Shown piece after piece: positions 17,789 through 25,945 of a stretch of DNA of 64,000 nucleotides. How positions within the stretch are numbered: position 1 is the first letter of the stretch; each line of letters opens with the position of its first letter. A model generated the notes under the pieces. The model made no database searches, was not told the DNA's origin, and worked only from the letters and a program-made list of their open reading frames with translations. This DNA comes from a virus: UHGV virus genome UHGV-1351569, one strand, 5' to 3'. The position numbers were made by a program, and so were the translations under genes.

Positions 17789-18991
17789 ATGAAAGTATGC
17801 ATTTTTATGGCTCGAGGTCTTGAAGGTTGCGGTGTAACTAAATTTTCTCTTGAGCAACGTGATTGGTTTATTAAAAACGGTCATGAAGTAACTTTAGTTT
17901 ATGCTAAAGATAAATCATTTACCCGTAATTGCGCGCATGATTATAAATCATTTTCAATTCCGGTTTTATTGGCAAAAGAATACGATAAAACACTTAAGCT
18001 GGTAAATGATTGTGATATTCTAATTATCAATTCAGTTCCTGCTACTTCAGTCGAAGAAGACACTATTAATAACTATAAAAAAATTATTGATAACATTAAA
18101 CCTTCGGTTCGTGTTGTAGTTTATCAACATGACCATTCTTCTCTTTCTTTGCGTCGAAATTTGGGATTAGAAGAAACTGTTCGCCGAGCTGATGTTATTT
18201 TTAGTCATTCTGATAATGGTGATTTTAATAAAGTTCTGATGAAAGAATGGTATCCAGAAACTGTTTCACTGTTTGATGATATTGAAGAAGCACCGACCGT
18301 ATACAACTTTCAGCCTCCTATGGATATTGCGAAGGTTCGATCAACCTACTGGAAAGATGTTTCTGAAATTAACATGAATATCAACCGTTGGATTGGTCGT
18401 ACGACTACATGGAAAGGTTTTTATCAGATGTTTGATTTTCACGAAAAACATCTTAAACCTGCAGGACTAAGTACTATTATGGAAGGTCTGGAACGTTCTC
18501 CAGCGTTCATTCCTATTAAAGAAAAAGGAATTCCATACGAGTATTATCGTCTTCATCAAGTAGACCAAATTAAAATTGCTCCTAATTTGCCAACGCAAAT
18601 TCTTGACCGTTATGTAAATAGCGAAATGCTTGAACGCATGAGTAAATCCGGATTTGGTTATCAGCTGAGTAAATTAGATAAAAAATATCTACAACGTTCT
18701 TTAGAATATACTCATCTCGAGCTTGGTGCATGTGGAACAATTCCAGTATTTTGGAAATCTACTGGCGAAAATTTAAAATTCCGTGTTGATAATACTCCGT
18801 TAATTTCTCATGATAGCGGTATCGTTTGGTTTGATGAAAATGACATGGAATCAACATTTGAGCGTATTAAAGAACTGTCATCTGACCGAGCTCTTTATGA
18901 CCGTGAACGCGAAAAAGCTTATGAATTTTTGTATCAGCATCAAGATTCAAGCTTCTGCTTTAAAGAACAGTTTGACATTATTACAAAATAA
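17789..18991 (+). CDS. agt: DNA alpha-glucosyltransferase, 400 aa
   Basis: Length and position (between 55 and 47) match T4 alpha-gt; GAGGA RBS. Confidence 0.85.
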   Translation: MKVCIFMARGLEGCGVTKFSLEQRDWFIKNGHEVTLVYAKDKSFTRNCAHDYKSFSIPVLLAKEYDKTLKLVNDCDILIINSVPATSVEEDTINNYKKIIDNIKPSVRVVVYQHDHSSLSLRRNLGLEETVRRADVIFSHSDNGDFNKVLMKEWYPETVSLFDDIEEAPTVYNFQPPMDIAKVRSTYWKDVSEINMNINRWIGRTTTWKGFYQMFDFHEKHLKPAGLSTIMEGLERSPAFIPIKEKGIPYEYYRLHQVDQIKIAPNLPTQILDRYVNSEMLERMSKSGFGYQLSKLDKKYLQRSLEYTHLELGACGTIPVFWKSTGENLKFRVDNTPLISHDSGIVWFDENDMESTFERIKELSSDRALYDREREKAYEFLYQHQDSSFCFKEQFDIITK

Positions 18992-19007
18992 AGGGCTTCG
19001 GCCCTTT
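18992..19007 (+). terminator. Terminator hairpin AGGGC-TTCG-GCCCT
   Basis: Directly after the alpha-gt stop. Confidence 0.6.
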
Positions 19008-19030
19008 AGCTTTATACGGAGTTTGATATA

Positions 19031-19171
19031 ATGATATTTCTTGGATATGTGATACTTTTTCTCGCATTTTATCTATTCACTAGAGCATGTTGGATTGGGT
19101 TCTTTAGCACTCCAGATGGATTTATTTCAATAATTTTATTTTGCATTTCAATGACGGTTCTTGATATATGA
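19031..19171 (+). CDS. Hypothetical small membrane protein, 46 aa
   Basis: ATG to TGA frame; hydrophobic; TGA overlaps gene 47 ATG. Confidence 0.35.
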   Translation: MIFLGYVILFLAFYLFTRACWIGFFSTPDGFISIILFCISMTVLDI

Positions 19172-20187
19172 AAATTTTAAATTTAGGTGATTGGCATTTA
19201 GGCGTTAAAGCTGATGATGAATGGATTCGCGGTATTCAAATTGATGGAATTAAGCAAGCGATAGAATATTCTAAGAAAAATGGAATTACTGTATGGATTC
19301 AATACGGTGATATTTTTGATGTACGAAAAGCGATCACGCATAAAACTATGGAGTTTGCTCGTGAGATAGTTCAAATGCTTGATGACGCTGGAATCACATT
19401 ACATACTATTGTAGGAAATCACGATCTCCACTATAAAAATGTAATGCATCCAAATGCTTCTACTGAGCTTTTGGCTAAATATCCTAATGTTAAAGTATAT
19501 GATAAGCCTACTACAGTAGATTTTGACGGATGTTTGATTGATTTAATTCCTTGGATGTGCGAAGAAAATACTGGTGAAATTCTTGAACACATCAAAACTT
19601 CATCTGCTTCTTTTTGTGTTGGTCACTGGGAACTGAATGGATTTTATTTTTATAAAGGAATGAAATCTCACGGTCTTGAACCTGATTTCCTTAAGACTTA
19701 TAAAGAGGTGTGGTCTGGTCACTTCCATACTATCTCTGAGGCTGCTAACGTCAGATATATTGGGACACCATGGACACTAACTGCAGGTGACGAGAATGAC
19801 CCTCGTGGGTTCTGGATGTTTGATACAGAAACAGAACGAATGGAATTTATTCCAAACAACACCACCTGGCATCGTCGAATTCAATATCCATTTAAGGGAA
19901 AAATTGACTATAAAGATTTTACAAATTTATCAGTACGTGTTATAGTAACTGAGGTAGACAAAAATCTAACGAAGTTCGAATCTGAACTAGAAAAAGTTGT
20001 GCATTCATTACGAGTTGTGTCAAAGATTGATAACTCTGTCGAGTCAGATGATAGTGAAGAAGTTGAAGTTCAATCTCTTCAGACGTTGATGGAAGAATAC
20101 ATTAATGCAATTCCAGACATCACTGATTCTGACCGCGAAGCACTTATTCAATATGCAAATCAGTTATATGTAGAGGCAACACAATGA
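19168..20187 (+). CDS. 47: Recombination nuclease subunit gp47 (Mre11-like phosphoesterase), 339 aa
   Basis: Phosphoesterase motifs (LGDWHLG, GNHD, GHWE/GHFH); length and position as T4 gp47. Confidence 0.9.
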   Translation: MKILNLGDWHLGVKADDEWIRGIQIDGIKQAIEYSKKNGITVWIQYGDIFDVRKAITHKTMEFAREIVQMLDDAGITLHTIVGNHDLHYKNVMHPNASTELLAKYPNVKVYDKPTTVDFDGCLIDLIPWMCEENTGEILEHIKTSSASFCVGHWELNGFYFYKGMKSHGLEPDFLKTYKEVWSGHFHTISEAANVRYIGTPWTLTAGDENDPRGFWMFDTETERMEFIPNNTTWHRRIQYPFKGKIDYKDFTNLSVRVIVTEVDKNLTKFESELEKVVHSLRVVSKIDNSVESDDSEEVEVQSLQTLMEEYINAIPDITDSDREALIQYANQLYVEATQ

Positions 20188-20447
20188 CTTTTGATGAATT
20201 TAAAAATGTTATGATGAGTCAGCATTTTGAATGTGAAGTAAAAGATGATATTGGGCATAAAGAAATTATTGAATATTGGTTTGAACCGCTAGAGGTTGAA
20301 GATAATTGTATTAAAAAGGTCACGGTCTGCACTGACTGGGCTGTATCTTTTAACTTCAACATTTTAGATAATGACACACCTAAATCATTACAAGATATGG
20401 CTGTATCTTGTATTAAGGATGCATACTGTGAAGTTTTCGACATTTGA
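20184..20447 (+). CDS. Hypothetical protein, 87 aa
   Basis: ORF track; ATGA overlap with the gene 47 stop. Confidence 0.5.
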   Translation: MTFDEFKNVMMSQHFECEVKDDIGHKEIIEYWFEPLEVEDNCIKKVTVCTDWAVSFNFNILDNDTPKSLQDMAVSCIKDAYCEVFDI

Positions 20448-20634
20448 CATTAACGATGAATTCATAGCAAATATTGATTACACCGAAGAAGATTCTAGAT
20501 ATGTTGGAATAATTTATATCACATCAAAAGCAGCACAAGGTGTTGTTTGCATGGCTGAATTTGATGAATACTTTTTAGATTATGATGATATGATAGAATG
20601 GTCTAAAAGATACATTAAAAGGAATCTTTTGTGA
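20371..20634 (+). CDS. Hypothetical protein (start uncertain; likely ATG 20419 or GTG 20428)
   Basis: ORF track; overlaps the previous ORF in another frame. Confidence 0.4.
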   Translation: MTHLNHYKIWLYLVLRMHTVKFSTFDINDEFIANIDYTEEDSRYVGIIYITSKAAQGVVCMAEFDEYFLDYDDMIEWSKRYIKRNLL

Positions 20635-22313
20635 AGAATTTTAAACTAAACCGAGTTAGGTATCAAAATATAATGTCAGTAGGTGGAAATCCTATTGACA
20701 TTCAATTAGATAAGGTTCAAAAAACTCTTATTACTGGACGAAATGGCGGTGGTAAGTCTACTATGTTAGAAGCCATCACATTTGGGCTTTTTGGCAAGCC
20801 ATTTCGTGATGTAAAGAAAGGTCAATTAATAAACAGCACAAATAAGAAAGAACTTTTAGTTGAACTGTGGATGGAATATGATGAGAAAAAGTACTATATC
20901 AAAAGAGGACAAAAACCAAACGTTTTCGAAATCACCGTTAACGGTACACGTCTTAATGAATCTGCCAGCAGTAAAGATTTCCAAGCAGAATTTGAACAGC
21001 TTATCGGAATGTCATATGCCAGTTTCAAGCAGATTGTTGTTCTTGGTACAGCAGGGTATACCCCTTTCATGGGTTTGTCGACCCCTGCACGAAGAAAGCT
21101 TGTGGAAGACCTGCTTGAGGTAGGAACATTAGCTGAAATGGATAAGCTTAATAAAGCACTAATACGTGAATTAAATTCACAAAACCAAGTGCTTGATGTT
21201 AAAAAAGATAGTATTATCCAACAAATTAAAATATATAATGATAACGTTGAACGCCAGAAAAAATTAACTGGTGATAACCTTACTCGTCTGCAGAATATGT
21301 ATGATGATTTGGCAAAAGAAGCTAGAACGTTAAAATCGGAAATAGAAGAAGCTAATGAAAGATTAGTTAATATTGTTTTGGATGAAGACCCGACTGATGC
21401 ATTTAATAAAATCGGTCAAGAAGCATTTTTGATTAAATCAAAAATTGACTCGTATAATAAAGTCATTAATATGTATCACGAAGGTGGATTATGTCCAACC
21501 TGTTTGTCACAATTAAGTTCCGGCGATAAAGTTGTTTCTAAAATTAAAGATAAAGTTTCTGAATGCACGCATTCGTTTGAACAGCTTTCAACACATCGTG
21601 ATAATTTAAAAGTTCTTGTTGATGAATACCGAGATAATATTAAAACCCAACAGTCGTTGGCGAATGATATTCGCAATAAAAAGCAATCTCTAATCACGAC
21701 TGTAGATAAAGCTAAAAAAGTTAAAGCGGCTATAGAAAAAGCATCTTCTGAGTTTATTGACCATGCTGATGAAATAGCACTGCTTCAAGAAGAACTTGAT
21801 AAAATTGTTAAGACAAAAACTAATTTAGTAATGGAAAAATACCATAGAGGAATTTTGACTGATATGCTCAAAGATTCTGGTATTAAAGGTGCTATTATTA
21901 AAAAGTACATTCCATTATTTAATAAGCAAATTAACCATTATCTTAAAATAATGGAAGCGGATTATGTGTTTACATTAGATGAAGAATTTAATGAGACAAT
22001 TAAATCCCGTGGTCGTGAAGATTTTAGTTATGCTTCATTTAGTCAAGGTGAAAAAGCACGAATTGATATTGCTCTTTTATTTACTTGGCGTGATATTGCT
22101 GAAAAAGTTTCAGGTGTTAAAATAAACACACTAATTCTTGATGAAGTTTTTGATTCAGCAACCGATGTTGAAGGTGTAAAAGCTATTTCAACTATTTTAG
22201 ATAGTTTAAAAAATACTAATGTTTTTGTTATTTCACATAGAGACCATGACCCACAGGCATATGGTCAGCATCTCCAAATGAAGAAAGTTGGTCGATTTAC
22301 TGTAATGGTTTAA
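20631..22313 (+). CDS. 46: Recombination ATPase gp46 (Rad50/SbcC-like), 560 aa
   Basis: N-terminal Walker A GRNGGGKST, central coiled-coil with CPTC zinc hook, C-terminal signature/Walker B (LILDEVFD); length as T4 gp46. Confidence 0.9.
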   Translation: MKNFKLNRVRYQNIMSVGGNPIDIQLDKVQKTLITGRNGGGKSTMLEAITFGLFGKPFRDVKKGQLINSTNKKELLVELWMEYDEKKYYIKRGQKPNVFEITVNGTRLNESASSKDFQAEFEQLIGMSYASFKQIVVLGTAGYTPFMGLSTPARRKLVEDLLEVGTLAEMDKLNKALIRELNSQNQVLDVKKDSIIQQIKIYNDNVERQKKLTGDNLTRLQNMYDDLAKEARTLKSEIEEANERLVNIVLDEDPTDAFNKIGQEAFLIKSKIDSYNKVINMYHEGGLCPTCLSQLSSGDKVVSKIKDKVSECTHSFEQLSTHRDNLKVLVDEYRDNIKTQQSLANDIRNKKQSLITTVDKAKKVKAAIEKASSEFIDHADEIALLQEELDKIVKTKTNLVMEKYHRGILTDMLKDSGIKGAIIKKYIPLFNKQINHYLKIMEADYVFTLDEEFNETIKSRGREDFSYASFSQGEKARIDIALLFTWRDIAEKVSGVKINTLILDEVFDSATDVEGVKAISTILDSLKNTNVFVISHRDHDPQAYGQHLQMKKVGRFTVMV

Positions 22314-22345
22314 TTTATTAGAGATTATGCTTTAATTTATTAGAG
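22309..22345 (+). repeat. Two 15-bp direct repeats (TTTAATTTATTAGAG) flanking a MotA box
   Basis: Identical 15-mers at 22309-22323 and 22331-22345. Confidence 0.6.
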
Positions 22346-22351
22346 TATAAT
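22328..22351 (+). promoter_or_regulatory. Putative middle promoter (MotA box TGCTTTA, 11 bp, TATAAT)
   Basis: Consensus MotA box centred near -30 of an exact TATAAT. Confidence 0.5.
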
Positions 22352-22368
22352 CTCTATGGAGGAAAAAC

Positions 22369-22557
22369 ATGGAATATTCAACTGGACAGCATCTATTAAC
22401 TATTCCTGAAATAAAACGATATATTCTGAGAAATAATTTTTCTAATGAAGAGCATATAGTTACTGAATCTATGCTTAAGAATGCATTTAAATCAGAATAT
22501 ACGAAAATAATGTCCAACAGGAATGAAGCTTGGACTGTTACTGATTATTATGACTAA
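22369..22557 (+). CDS. Hypothetical protein, 62 aa
   Basis: ORF track; GGAGG RBS. Confidence 0.55.
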   Translation: MEYSTGQHLLTIPEIKRYILRNNFSNEEHIVTESMLKNAFKSEYTKIMSNRNEAWTVTDYYD

Positions 22558-22566
22558 AGGTGTATT

Positions 22567-22956
22567 ATGACTAAAATTACTGTGAATTATACTGTTGATG
22601 TAAAAGATATTCAGCCAAAACACGTGCGTTCTGAATCAAATCCACAAAACCAAAATAAAATTCGTCGAGCATGGGTTTTGTCTCTTTCTGATAATGCAAT
22701 GGAAGTTATTCAGAACAAAATTAAATCTGCACCTGCTCGTCATGCGTATTATGAAGCTATTGATCGTGAAGTGAGTGATAAATGGATTGAACTGATGCGC
22801 AAACATACGGCAGAATCTCTAAACGCTGGTGCCAAATTTATTATGACTTCATGTGGTGAACGCCTTGAAGATGATTACTGCGGTAATGCAGATGAACGTC
22901 TAATTGTTGCTGCTCAAATTGTTGCTGAAACAATTGCTGCTGATTTTAATCGTTAA
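22567..22956 (+). CDS. rpbA: RNA polymerase binding protein RpbA, 129 aa
   Basis: Length and position (between 46 and 45) as in T4. Confidence 0.7.
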   Translation: MTKITVNYTVDVKDIQPKHVRSESNPQNQNKIRRAWVLSLSDNAMEVIQNKIKSAPARHAYYEAIDREVSDKWIELMRKHTAESLNAGAKFIMTSCGERLEDDYCGNADERLIVAAQIVAETIAADFNR

Positions 22957-23011
22957 TTGCTTTATTAAATTAGTTATAAAATTAAATCTCATTTGAATTG
23001 AAGGAAATTAC

Positions 23012-23698
23012 ATGAAACTGTCTAAAGATACTACTGCTCTGCTTAAAAATTTCGCTACTATTAACTCTGGTATTATGCTTAAATCCGGTCAATTTATTAT
23101 GACTCGCGCAGTTAATGGTACAACTTATGCGGAAGCAAATATTTCTGACACTATTGATTTTGATGTAGCGATTTACGATTTGAACGGTTTTCTCGGTATT
23201 CTGTCTCTAGTTAATGACGATGCAGAAATTTCCCAGTCAGAAGATGGAAATATTAAAATTGCTGATGCCCGTTCAACAATTTTTTGGCCAGCAGCTGATC
23301 CGAGTACAGTAGTTGCTCCTAATAAACCAATTCCATTCCCGGTAGCATCTGTTGTTACCGAAATTAAAGCTGAAGACCTTCAACAGCTGTTGCGTGTATC
23401 TCGCGGTCTGCAGATTGATACAATTGCTATCACAGTAAAAGAAGGTAAAATTGTAATTAACGGTTTTAACAAAGTAGAAGATTCTGCTTTGACCCGTGTT
23501 AAATATTCTTTGACTCTTGGTGATTATGATGGTGAAAATACATTTAATTTCATTATCAATATGGCAAATATGAAAATGCAACCAGGAAATTATAAACTTC
23601 TTCTCTGGGCAAAAGGTAAACAAGGCGCTGCTAAATTTGAAGGTGAACATGCGAATTATGTAGTAGCTCTTGAAGCTGATTCTACCCACGATTTTTAA
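23012..23698 (+). CDS. 45: Sliding clamp gp45, 228 aa
   Basis: MKLSKDTTALLKNFATINSGIMLKSG... matches recalled T4 gp45. Confidence 0.95.
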   Translation: MKLSKDTTALLKNFATINSGIMLKSGQFIMTRAVNGTTYAEANISDTIDFDVAIYDLNGFLGILSLVNDDAEISQSEDGNIKIADARSTIFWPAADPSTVVAPNKPIPFPVASVVTEIKAEDLQQLLRVSRGLQIDTIAITVKEGKIVINGFNKVEDSALTRVKYSLTLGDYDGENTFNFIINMANMKMQPGNYKLLLWAKGKQGAAKFEGEHANYVVALEADSTHDF

Positions 23699-23701
23699 TA
23701 A

Positions 23702-23715
23702 AGGGCTTCGGCCCT
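23702..23715 (+). terminator. Hairpin AGGGC-TTCG-GCCCT
   Basis: Directly after the gene 45 stop. Confidence 0.55.
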
Positions 23716-23749
23716 TTATAATTTACACTAAAACTTGAATGAGGAAATT

Positions 23750-24709
23750 ATGATTACTGTAAATGAAAAAGAACACATTCTTGAACAGAAATATCGTCCA
23801 TCTACTATCGATGAATGTATTCTTCCCGCCTTTGATAAAGAAACCTTTAAATCTATTACAAGTAAAGGTAAAATTCCACATATTATTCTTCATTCTCCTT
23901 CTCCAGGAACAGGTAAAACAACCGTAGCAAAAGCATTGTGTCATGATGTAAATGCTGATATGATGTTTGTGAATGGATCAGACTGTAAAATTGATTTCGT
24001 TCGTGGTCCTTTGACTAATTTTGCTAGTGCAGCTTCATTTGATGGTCGTCAAAAAGTAATCGTTATTGATGAATTTGACCGTTCAGGGTTAGCAGAGTCT
24101 CAGCGACATCTTCGTTCCTTTATGGAAGCTTATAGTTCAAACTGTAGTATTATTATTACTGCTAACAATATTGATGGTATTATTAAACCGCTTCAGTCAC
24201 GCTGTCGAGTTATTACATTCGGTCAACCGACCGATGAAGATAAAATTGAAATGATGAAGCAGATGATTCGTCGATTGACTGAAATCTGCAAGCATGAAGG
24301 AATTGCTATAGCTGATATGAAAGTTGTAGCAGCTTTGGTTAAAAAGAATTTTCCTGATTTTCGTAAAACTATTGGCGAGCTCGATAGTTATTCATCTAAA
24401 GGTGTTTTGGATGCTGGTATTTTATCACTGGTTACTAACGATCGTGGTGCTATTGATGATGTTCTTGAGTCTCTCAAAAATAAAGATGTTAAACAACTCA
24501 GAGCTTTAGCACCAAAATATGCAGCTGATTATTCGTGGTTCGTAGGTAAACTTGCCGAAGAAATCTATACACGCGTAACTCCGCAAAGTATTATTCGTAT
24601 GTATGAAATTGTTGGTGAAAATAACCAGTATCATGGAATTGCGGCTAATACTGAATTACATTTAGCATATCTTTTCATTCAATTGGCATGTGAAATGCAG
24701 TGGAAGTGA
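23750..24709 (+). CDS. 44: Clamp loader large subunit gp44 (AAA+), 319 aa
   Basis: [22 protein letters not shown]...[10 protein letters not shown] matches recalled T4 gp44; start moved to ATG 23750 behind TGAGGAAATT. Confidence 0.95.
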   Translation: MITVNEKEHILEQKYRPSTIDECILPAFDKETFKSITSKGKIPHIILHSPSPGTGKTTVAKALCHDVNADMMFVNGSDCKIDFVRGPLTNFASAASFDGRQKVIVIDEFDRSGLAESQRHLRSFMEAYSSNCSIIITANNIDGIIKPLQSRCRVITFGQPTDEDKIEMMKQMIRRLTEICKHEGIAIADMKVVAALVKKNFPDFRKTIGELDSYSSKGVLDAGILSLVTNDRGAIDDVLESLKNKDVKQLRALAPKYAADYSWFVGKLAEEIYTRVTPQSIIRMYEIVGENNQYHGIAANTELHLAYLFIQLACEMQWK

Positions 24710-24710
24710 T

Positions 24711-25274
24711 ATGAGCTTATTTCAAGATGATATTCAATTAAACGAGCATCAAGTTGCTTGGTATTCAAAAGATTGGACAGCTGTCCAATCCGCTGCTGAT
24801 TCTTTTAAAGAAAAAGCTGAAAATGAATTTTTTGAAATAATTGGAGCTATTAATAATAAAACTAAATGCTCTATTGCTCAAAAAGATTATTCAAAATACA
24901 TGGTTGAGAATGCATTATCACAATTTCCTGAATGCATGCCAGCTGTATATGCTATGAATTTAATTGGATCAGGTTTAAGCGATGAAGCCCATTTTAATTA
25001 CCTGATGGCTGCTGTTCCTCGGGGTAAAAGATATGGTAAATGGGCAAAACTGGTCGAAGATTCTACTGAAGTATTGATTATTAAGTTACTTGCTAGGCGG
25101 TATCAAGTTAATACAAATGATGCAATTAACTATAAATCAATTCTTACTAAAAATGGAAAACTTCCTTTAGTATTAAAAGAACTAAAAGGTTTAGTCACGG
25201 ATGATTTTTTAAAAGAAGTGACTAAGAATGTAAAAGAACAGAAACAACTCAAAAAACTAGCATTGGAATGGTAA
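24711..25274 (+). CDS. 62: Clamp loader small subunit gp62, 187 aa
   Basis: [22 protein letters not shown]... matches recalled T4 gp62; ATG 1 nt after the gene 44 TGA. Confidence 0.9.
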   Translation: MSLFQDDIQLNEHQVAWYSKDWTAVQSAADSFKEKAENEFFEIIGAINNKTKCSIAQKDYSKYMVENALSQFPECMPAVYAMNLIGSGLSDEAHFNYLMAAVPRGKRYGKWAKLVEDSTEVLIIKLLARRYQVNTNDAINYKSILTKNGKLPLVLKELKGLVTDDFLKEVTKNVKEQKQLKKLALEW

Positions 25275-25275
25275 A

Positions 25276-25644
25276 ATGATTGAAATTACTCTTAAAAAAC
25301 CTGAAGATTTTCTGAAAGTAAAAGAAACTTTGACTCGTATGGGAATTGCTAATAATAAAGATAAAGTTCTGTATCAGTCCTGTCATATTCTTCAGAAAAA
25401 AGGACTATACTATATCGTTCATTTTAAAGAAATGCTTCGTATGGATGGTCGTCAAGTTGAAATGACAGAAGAAGATGAAGTTCGTCGTGATTCGATTGCA
25501 TGGTTGTTAGAAGATTGGGGACTGATTGAAATCGTTCCTGGTCAAAGAACTTTTATGAAAGATTTAACTAATAACTTCCGAGTTATTTCTTTTAAACAAA
25601 AACATGAATGGAAACTCGTTCCTAAATATACGATTGGTAATTAA
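25276..25644 (+). CDS. regA: Translational repressor RegA, 122 aa
   Basis: Length and position as T4 RegA. Confidence 0.9.
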   Translation: MIEITLKKPEDFLKVKETLTRMGIANNKDKVLYQSCHILQKKGLYYIVHFKEMLRMDGRQVEMTEEDEVRRDSIAWLLEDWGLIEIVPGQRTFMKDLTNNFRVISFKQKHEWKLVPKYTIGN

Positions 25645-25645
25645 T

Positions 25646-25867
25646 ATGACTGCTATAACTCCACAAGAATACATGGCGTCTCTTAAAGAAAAATATAATC
25701 TTTCTGCAACAGAAACACTTTTCGATTTACCAGAAAACCTTCAACTAAAATTTCAGGTAGAATTTCAAAAATTAATTCACCCAGAACAAAAACACTTTAC
25801 TGCGGTCGTTAAGTCAATTAATGCAGATGGAATGACAATTTTTCACCGACAAATAGTACTAATTTAA
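25646..25867 (+). CDS. Hypothetical protein (about 73 aa)
   Basis: ORF track 25604..25867; ATG 25646 right after the regA stop. Confidence 0.5.
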   Translation: MTAITPQEYMASLKEKYNLSATETLFDLPENLQLKFQVEFQKLIHPEQKHFTAVVKSINADGMTIFHRQIVLI

Positions 25868-25870
25868 GCA

Positions 25871-25888
25871 AGGGGCTTCGGCCCCTTA
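25871..25888 (+). terminator. Hairpin GGGGC-TTCG-GCCCC
   Basis: GC-rich stem, UUCG loop, T-rich tail. Confidence 0.6.
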
Positions 25889-25909
25889 TTTGGAGTATAA
25901 TATATCAAG

Positions 25910-25927
25910 AGCCTAATAACTCGGGCT
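25910..25927 (+). promoter_or_regulatory. gp43 translational operator hairpin (AGCCU-AAUAACUC-GGGCU) just upstream of the gene 43 RBS
   Basis: 5-bp stem with 8-nt loop AAUAACUC 8-10 nt before SD AAGGA, matching the classic T4 DNA polymerase autoregulatory RNA site. Confidence 0.65.
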
Positions 25928-25945
25928 ATAAACTAAGGAATATCT

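Noticed and set aside
23273-23689. 138-aa - strand ORF
   Set aside because: Entirely inside the sliding clamp gene 45 on the opposite strand.
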